Source: a virus
Reading direction: 5' to 3' (one strand)
DNA length: 64,000 bases
Virus record (IMG/VR): IMGVR_UViG_3300031772_000002
Coordinates: 100,447-164,446 of that record
Shown here piece by piece: positions 58,599 through 64,000 of the stretch; positions within the stretch are counted from its first letter, which is position 1, and the number at the start of each line of letters is the position of its first letter. The notes beneath the pieces were generated by a model, which did not search any database, was not told where the DNA came from, and worked only from the letters and a program-made list of their open reading frames with translations. Both the position numbers and the translations under genes were made by a program.

Positions 58599-61500
58599 TT
58601 AATCAATATCCTCATCATCATTTTGTTCTTTGTTTGAAACAATTGTATCAATTGGAATTGTTATTGCCTTTTCTGCATTAGATTTTTTTATAAATATTAT
58701 TAATTTATCTTCTGCTCCAGGCAATCTTTTTAAAATATGTTTCCAATTTCGTGACCATGGAGTATTTGATAATATTTTAGCTAGTTGTATATTAGAATTA
58801 GAAATTGCCAATTTTATTATTCCTTCATAAAGTCTTATTCCATTTCTACGTAAAATATTATCATATTCACATTCATGGGTTCCTTTAGAGTTTAAAGATT
58901 CTAACATTATACTTGAACCTTTTGATTTATTCTCATTTATAGATTTATAAAAATCAATATTTTTAATAATAATTTCTCCGATTGAAAGATTTTTATTATC
59001 TAAATATTCATGAACTGGTAACAAGGTATGCAAAATATGATTTAATAATTTAAATTCATCTTTGCTTTCATTTTCATTTTCATTTTCATTTTCATATTCA
59101 TTAAATTTTAAACTTTTAATCCATGATTTTGCATGATCATACGAAATATAGTCATAATATTTTAAAATATAATAACTCACAAGAAGTGTTCCTAATTGAT
59201 CTCCACCTCTTTTGCTTCCATATAATTCTGCAATGATATCGCTTAAAATCTTTTGATATTTTAAAATTAATGGTATTAACTGTTTCATTGTTTTTTCTAA
59301 TCCAATAATAAATTCATCAGTTAAAGTTTCTTTAACTTCTTTTATAAGTTTTTCAAAATTGGATTTGCTTTTCTTTTCTTCAATCAAACTTAAAATACTG
59401 AATCTTGATACATCAGCTTTAAGTAATTGCATAACCCCAATACTCGCAAAGCAGAATGATGATTTTATAGAAAAAGAAGAAGCAATCCCTCCTTTTGTTC
59501 CTTTAACAATGCTAGATTCATCATCAGAACTTGCCTGACGAGCTAACTCTATAATTCTTTGAATATTATTTTGTGAACTATAACTTTCCCCTTCAGCTTC
59601 ATCAAATAAAACGGGTCTAGCATCATGTTTTAATGTTTGACGAATACCAGCTTCAGTACTATTTGAAGTAACATGAAGGCACGTATTGCCTACTATTTTT
59701 TTAATGATATTATCTATTATCCAGGTTTTTCCTACACCAGAAGATCCTGTAATTTGAATATGAGCTCTCCATGGAAGTATTCCACATAAGTTTGCCGTAA
59801 TTGTCCATCCAAAACATAGTATTGCATCTATAGAACTTTCCCATGGCAACAACTCAAATATTTCTATTAATTTTTTACATTCATCTATTGGTAAAGGATC
59901 TATTCTTTTAGTTAATTCATTCAATTTTTTATTATAATTTGTTGATGCTTCGTATATATATTCTGATTTAAAATCATCAGATAAAAATATTTCTTCTTTA
60001 TAAATTTTTTCTTCTTCATCAAATTCAAGGCATATAATATTTTTTACACCATCAAATGTTACAATCCTTTTATTATCAAAATATGTTCCAACTCCACGGA
60101 TCCTGTTAAGTGTAAAATATCCTTTACTATGACATCTTTTAATTAATTCATTTACAATGAATTTCCAGCATGGGCCATCTTCGTTTCCACAATATTCCTG
60201 AAACCATTCAAGTGGGGCTAATTGTAAAAGATGTAATGCTTTATGTTTCTCAGGAGTTAGATCAACGACTTGTTTTTTTATTTTAGAATAATAAAAATAC
60301 ACATCATTATTAAATCCCAAACAATTAAATGGAAACTCTAATCCTGATTTTGGTTTTAAATTATGATCTAAGTTAGAATCTGAATAAGTAAATAGTTCTA
60401 ATTTTTTCTGTTCAGATTCTTGTTTTATAGTTTCATAATTTTTAATAACGTATACCGGGGTATCATCTATTAATTTTTTAAATCTTTCTCCTGCAGTTTC
60501 ATTAAATCCATTTTTAAATAAAAAATCAGTTAGATCTTTTTCTGATCTTTTGGTCTTTCTTACCAAATTAACTTCAAATTCTTTAATTAACGACGGATCA
60601 AGACCGTAAGGATTGGTATCTGATTTATCCAAGTTTATTATCTTTATGTCTTTTGTATATTTATAAATATTAAAAGCAAGTTCTTTTGAACTTTCGTATC
60701 CTGTTTTATCTGAATCAGATACAATAACAATAGTTTTATCTTTAAAAATTTTAGAAACATTTGGTCCAAAAATCTTATCGATATCAGTATTTTTTTCAGA
60801 ACCTAACGAAACAGCATTCTTAAACCCATGTGCTATAGCACAATACATGTCAGGTTCACCTGAACATATCATCAAAGGATTATTATAAAAATTTTTGTAT
60901 AATGAAAAACATCTTCCCTTTCCTTTATGAAGAACTGACCATTTATATGCCAGATTGCCACTTAAAGGGTTGTAGACCTTAAAATTTACCAGATCGTCTT
61001 TTTCATTAGTCATAGGGAAGATAAACTGTTGCTTGCCTTTAAGCCCTATCCTAAGCTCTTTAATCATGTCTACAGTAATTCTTCTGGTTTCATATAAATA
61101 ATTAATCATTTCATCAGAGTTAAGAAGATTTTTAACATAAACATTTAATTCATTTATAATAAATTCTTGAGATTCATTATTTACTATTGCCTCTACATCT
61201 GGCGGCAATATATATTCTTCATTACCATTTTCTGAATTTAAACGTTTAACTGTAGCATGAAGTTCTTTTAATTGATCGCAGTACTTATCCATGTTAGGAT
61301 CTTCTGCGTTAGTAGAAAAATTAACATAATTTGAAACGTTTAATTTAAGAAAATCGATTATAAAATCTGAATAATGTTCGCCAAAAGATCTATTTTTTAA
61401 GTACTCTTTCCAGTAAGACTGAAAATTTCCTTTAATTCCACAAGCGTGACAATAAAACATTCCGGTTTTATTGTCTACAGTCAGGGAGGCGTTTGAATCA

Positions 61501-61667
61501 GCACCGTCAGAATGTCCTCCCGGATTTATACAAAAGAAATTTTTGTTAGCTTTAGATTGTTTCCAACCTAAATTTTTATATATTTCATGATACCGATTTT
61601 CCATTTGCATTCCAGCCAATGAAAAAAGAATTTTTAACTGAGGTTTACCCAGTATATATTTATGCAT
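58599..61667 (-). CDS. Primase-helicase (Zn finger, TOPRIM, P-loop ATPase)
   Basis: C....H.D...S......FYCHACG; CSGEPD; DSDKTG; GSSGVGKT; VLFDEAE. Confidence 0.85.
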   Translation of the reverse strand: MHKYILGKPQLKILFSLAGMQMENRYHEIYKNLGWKQSKANKNFFCINPGGHSDGADSNASLTVDNKTGMFYCHACGIKGNFQSYWKEYLKNRSFGEHYSDFIIDFLKLNVSNYVNFSTNAEDPNMDKYCDQLKELHATVKRLNSENGNEEYILPPDVEAIVNNESQEFIINELNVYVKNLLNSDEMINYLYETRRITVDMIKELRIGLKGKQQFIFPMTNEKDDLVNFKVYNPLSGNLAYKWSVLHKGKGRCFSLYKNFYNNPLMICSGEPDMYCAIAHGFKNAVSLGSEKNTDIDKIFGPNVSKIFKDKTIVIVSDSDKTGYESSKELAFNIYKYTKDIKIINLDKSDTNPYGLDPSLIKEFEVNLVRKTKRSEKDLTDFLFKNGFNETAGERFKKLIDDTPVYVIKNYETIKQESEQKKLELFTYSDSNLDHNLKPKSGLEFPFNCLGFNNDVYFYYSKIKKQVVDLTPEKHKALHLLQLAPLEWFQEYCGNEDGPCWKFIVNELIKRCHSKGYFTLNRIRGVGTYFDNKRIVTFDGVKNIICLEFDEEEKIYKEEIFLSDDFKSEYIYEASTNYNKKLNELTKRIDPLPIDECKKLIEIFELLPWESSIDAILCFGWTITANLCGILPWRAHIQITGSSGVGKTWIIDNIIKKIVGNTCLHVTSNSTEAGIRQTLKHDARPVLFDEAEGESYSSQNNIQRIIELARQASSDDESSIVKGTKGGIASSFSIKSSFCFASIGVMQLLKADVSRFSILSLIEEKKSKSNFEKLIKEVKETLTDEFIIGLEKTMKQLIPLILKYQKILSDIIAELYGSKRGGDQLGTLLVSYYILKYYDYISYDHAKSWIKSLKFNEYENENENENESKDEFKLLNHILHTLLPVHEYLDNKNLSIGEIIIKNIDFYKSINENKSKGSSIMLESLNSKGTHECEYDNILRRNGIRLYEGIIKLAISNSNIQLAKILSNTPWSRNWKHILKRLPGAEDKLIIFIKKSNAEKAITIPIDTIVSNKEQNDDEDID

Positions 61668-61741
61668 AAAAATCCTATCTGTAAAATTTTTTTTAATTAT
61701 CCACGGATTAATCCGTGGATATTTACAATTGGTTATTTTTT

Positions 61742-61999
61742 TTATTGCACAATATCTGCAAGGGTGGGGGCAGATTTTTCTTGAGGATTTTTAGTGATAA
61801 TTTTTGTCATTTTGTTAGTTAATGATGGTTTTATGCAAATAATATTTTCTTTTCTTTTGTCAACCATATAACTTGCTATAAGTTGATCGTTTGTAAACAA
61901 TGCGAATTCAGAAGTCTTTGCAAATCCGGGATTTTCCCTGATTTCAATCTGAATTCCGCTTGTCAAGTTAATTTTTGCTAACGACTGATCGTTTGACAT
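61742..61999 (-). CDS. Hypothetical protein
   Basis: AAGGAG RBS. Confidence 0.6.
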   Translation of the reverse strand: MSNDQSLAKINLTSGIQIEIRENPGFAKTSEFALFTNDQLIASYMVDKRKENIICIKPSLTNKMTKIITKNPQEKSAPTLADIVQ

Positions 62000-62327
62000 A
62001 AAGGCTCCTTCTGAAAAAAAAAAGATTAATGGAAAAGAACATCTATTAAGATAACATCTTTAAATATATAAATCAATCCATAGATGTAGTATATAAATAA
62101 AAAAATTAAAATTTATTTTATTAATTAATACAATATTTAAACGATTAAAATCTATATAGTGTATTATTTTTAATTTTATATCTATATATTCCATACTATA
62201 AGTTGTGCATATATAAAAAAGAGTATTTTTTTTAAAATGAATGTTGTTATCGTTGTTAATATTTTTAATCTATAATAGTTATTTCATATTTTATCTTTAA
62301 ATAACTAAAAAATAAATGGTAGGTAGG

Positions 62328-62357
62328 TGGATACAACCTTTGTTAAGATTGTATCCA
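62328..62357 (-). terminator. Hairpin downstream of 62363..62635
   Basis: TGGATACAA...TTGTATCCA; no adjacent U run. Confidence 0.45.
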
Positions 62358-62362
62358 GAAAC

Positions 62363-62635
62363 TTATGAAATACGATTATATTTTACACATGGACGATCCA
62401 ATCTTCCGTTTGGGTATTCAATTAATTTAATTGGTTCATTGCCCTTATCATTTAATATAATTTCGTATTCCACTTTTTGATTTAGTTCAATTCCAAAATC
62501 CTTTTTGGCAAGAATCTCTGCTTCAGGAAGTTTCCTAACTTTACTTGCCATATCAGTTCTATCATTTTCATTAAACGTCCCAATTATCCATGTTTGGGCT
62601 CCAATATCAAACCCTAAAAAATTTCTTTCTATCAT
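62363..62635 (-). CDS. Hypothetical cassette gene
   Basis: Preceded by a promoter cassette and GAGGAG RBS. Confidence 0.7.
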   Translation of the reverse strand: MIERNFLGFDIGAQTWIIGTFNENDRTDMASKVRKLPEAEILAKKDFGIELNQKVEYEIILNDKGNEPIKLIEYPNGRLDRPCVKYNRIS

Positions 62636-62742
62636 AATCTACTCCTCTAAATTGTTAATGGTGAATTCCATTAACATCATAGTTATACCAGATAATAAGG
62701 ATTAATAACTAAAAAAAATGAGCACAATTAAGTGCTCATTAA
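62633..62742 (-). promoter_or_regulatory. Terminator hairpin plus hairpin-promoter cassette, copy 2
   Basis: AATGAGCAC-N6-GTGCTCATT + T run, then the same promoter motif as 34493. Confidence 0.75.
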
Positions 62743-62750
62743 TCAAATAG

Positions 62751-63329
62751 TCAATTTAAATCCCTAACCAACCTCACTGAAAAACCACAACTCTCGTAGT
62801 AGTTGTACCTGCCAAGGTAGTCGTTGCCGTCGTTGCCGCAGTAGAGGTAACGGTACCAGCAGTAGAGGTGACGGTACCATGCGTAGGCCGCACCGTTCTC
62901 CGTAGCACTCCACCAGTAACCGTTGTTACTCTGGTAGTTGAAATTACCATCGTTGCTACGATAACCGCCCGGAAGGGCAGAAAAATCACCTTTATATAAA
63001 CATACCTTATTTATTCTATTGGCATGGTCTACTAATATACTAGCCAAGGTATTCCATTCCTCATCGGTTGGAACATGCCATCCTATTGGTGCTAGTTTTT
63101 TAGTATCTACTGCATACCAATTATACAATGCACCATACTTTTCTTTATTGGCAATATCATTATTATACCAACAATATGCTGGTGTTTTAATATTTTTCCA
63201 CTTATTATTACCTTCTACTAAAGGTATATTTAAGCCATCATTATATTTCGTTACCTTTAGATTCTCCACCATCCATTCCTGAGTGCCAATTTTAACTGTA
63301 TTATAAACATTTCCTTCAATGTCTTCCAT
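62751..63329 (-). CDS. Fib_succ_major (FISUMP; CLec-like fold) protein, DGR target with C-terminal VR
   Basis: DIEGNVY.TVKIG.Q.WM.ENL, YG.LYNW, P.GWHVPT..EW, ALPGGYR, WWSATE, GFSVRLVRD. Confidence 0.9.
   Translation of the reverse strand: MEDIEGNVYNTVKIGTQEWMVENLKVTKYNDGLNIPLVEGNNKWKNIKTPAYCWYNNDIANKEKYGALYNWYAVDTKKLAPIGWHVPTDEEWNTLASILVDHANRINKVCLYKGDFSALPGGYRSNDGNFNYQSNNGYWWSATENGAAYAWYRHLYCWYRYLYCGNDGNDYLGRYNYYESCGFSVRLVRDLN
62760..62979 (-). repeat. DGR variable region VR1
   Basis: Homologous to 63471-63660; mismatches concentrated in positions 1-2 of NNC/NNT codons. Confidence 0.8.
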
Positions 63330-63436
63330 AAAATTTCCTTAAGAATTGTTAATGGTGAATTCCATTAACATTATAATTATACCAGATAATAAGGATTAAT
63401 AACTAAAAAAAATGAGCACAATTAAGTGCTCATTAA
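63327..63436 (-). promoter_or_regulatory. Terminator hairpin plus hairpin-promoter cassette, copy 3
   Basis: Near-identical to 62650-62742. Confidence 0.75.
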
Positions 63437-63467
63437 CAAATAGTCAAATAGACAAATTGTCAAAAAA

Positions 63468-64000
63468 TCAATCCCTCAACAACCTCACTGAAAAACCACA
63501 ACTCTTGTAGTCGTAGCTCCTGCCAAGGTAGTCGAGGTCGTAGCTGAGGAAACGGGAGTATGCGATTGCTGCATCGTACTCCGTAGCACTCCACCAGTTA
63601 CCGTTGTTACTCTGGTAGTTGAAATTACCACCGACGCTACGATAACCGCCCGGAAGGGCCAAAAAACCACTTTTGTTGTTCTTTGTCAAATCATTGCCGA
63701 TTGTACCTGGAATTGTTGATGAACGCCAATCCGTCTTCGATGAAAGTGATTTTGCTATCTTATTATCTTTTATTGTTCCATCATAATTATACTCATTAGC
63801 AATCAAAAAGTTTTTTAAAATTTCCCATTTATCATTGGTTGGAATATGCCAGCCTATCGGTGCTAGTTTTTTAGTATCTACTGCATACCAATTATACAAT
63901 GCACCATACTTTTCTTTATTGGCAATATCATTATTATACCAACAATATGCTGGTGTTTTAATATTTTTCCACTTATTATTACCTTCTACTAAAGGTATAT
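63468..64000 (-). CDS. Second Fib_succ_major protein (5' end beyond the window), DGR target
   Basis: Frame open to the window edge; ~140 nt identical to the first paralogue; same VR scaffold. Confidence 0.85.
   Translation of the reverse strand, partial: IPLVEGNNKWKNIKTPAYCWYNNDIANKEKYGALYNWYAVDTKKLAPIGWHIPTNDKWEILKNFLIANEYNYDGTIKDNKIAKSLSSKTDWRSSTIPGTIGNDLTKNNKSGFLALPGGYRSVGGNFNYQSNNGNWWSATEYDAAIAYSRFLSYDLDYLGRSYDYKSCGFSVRLLRD
63471..63660 (-). repeat. DGR variable region VR2
   Basis: Homologous to VR1 with the same codon-position mismatch bias. Confidence 0.8.

Noticed and set aside
62774-62989. Alternative-frame Thr/Val-rich ORFs (also 63485-63670) as genes or as the TR
   Set aside because: By-products of NNC codon bias in the VRs; neither copy is uniformly A at variable sites

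Overview
AT-rich segment of a large tailed-phage (jumbo-type) genome. 1-34481 (+) is a virion/morphogenesis block: glycoside-hydrolase-like and lectin-like proteins, a Gly-rich repeat protein, a very large beta-helix/beta-propeller adhesin apparently split over six ORFs, and a probable portal. From about 35270 to the end (-) are replication and accessory genes: VRR-NUC, SNF2 helicase, DnaQ plus Cas4/AddB-like fusion, Gp3-like protein, SSB-like protein, a probable AT-rich origin and a primase-helicase. Main candidates for novelty: (1) a compact phage-encoded ubiquitin-like conjugation operon (E2-like, E2-like, JAB peptidase, E1/ThiF, tandem Ubl; 35277-40787); (2) four, possibly five, covarying ~150-nt structured non-coding repeats (52088-53854); (3) two Fib_succ_major genes with DGR-type variable regions, in repeated hairpin-promoter cassettes; (4) adhesin repeats split precisely at ACT-TAA...ATG junctions; (5) a set of IS200/IS605 elements: an intact tnpA/tnpB element, an IsrB with omega-RNA, and 46-47-bp LE/RE mini-elements. 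All calls come from reading the sequence by eye; no searches or folding were run.
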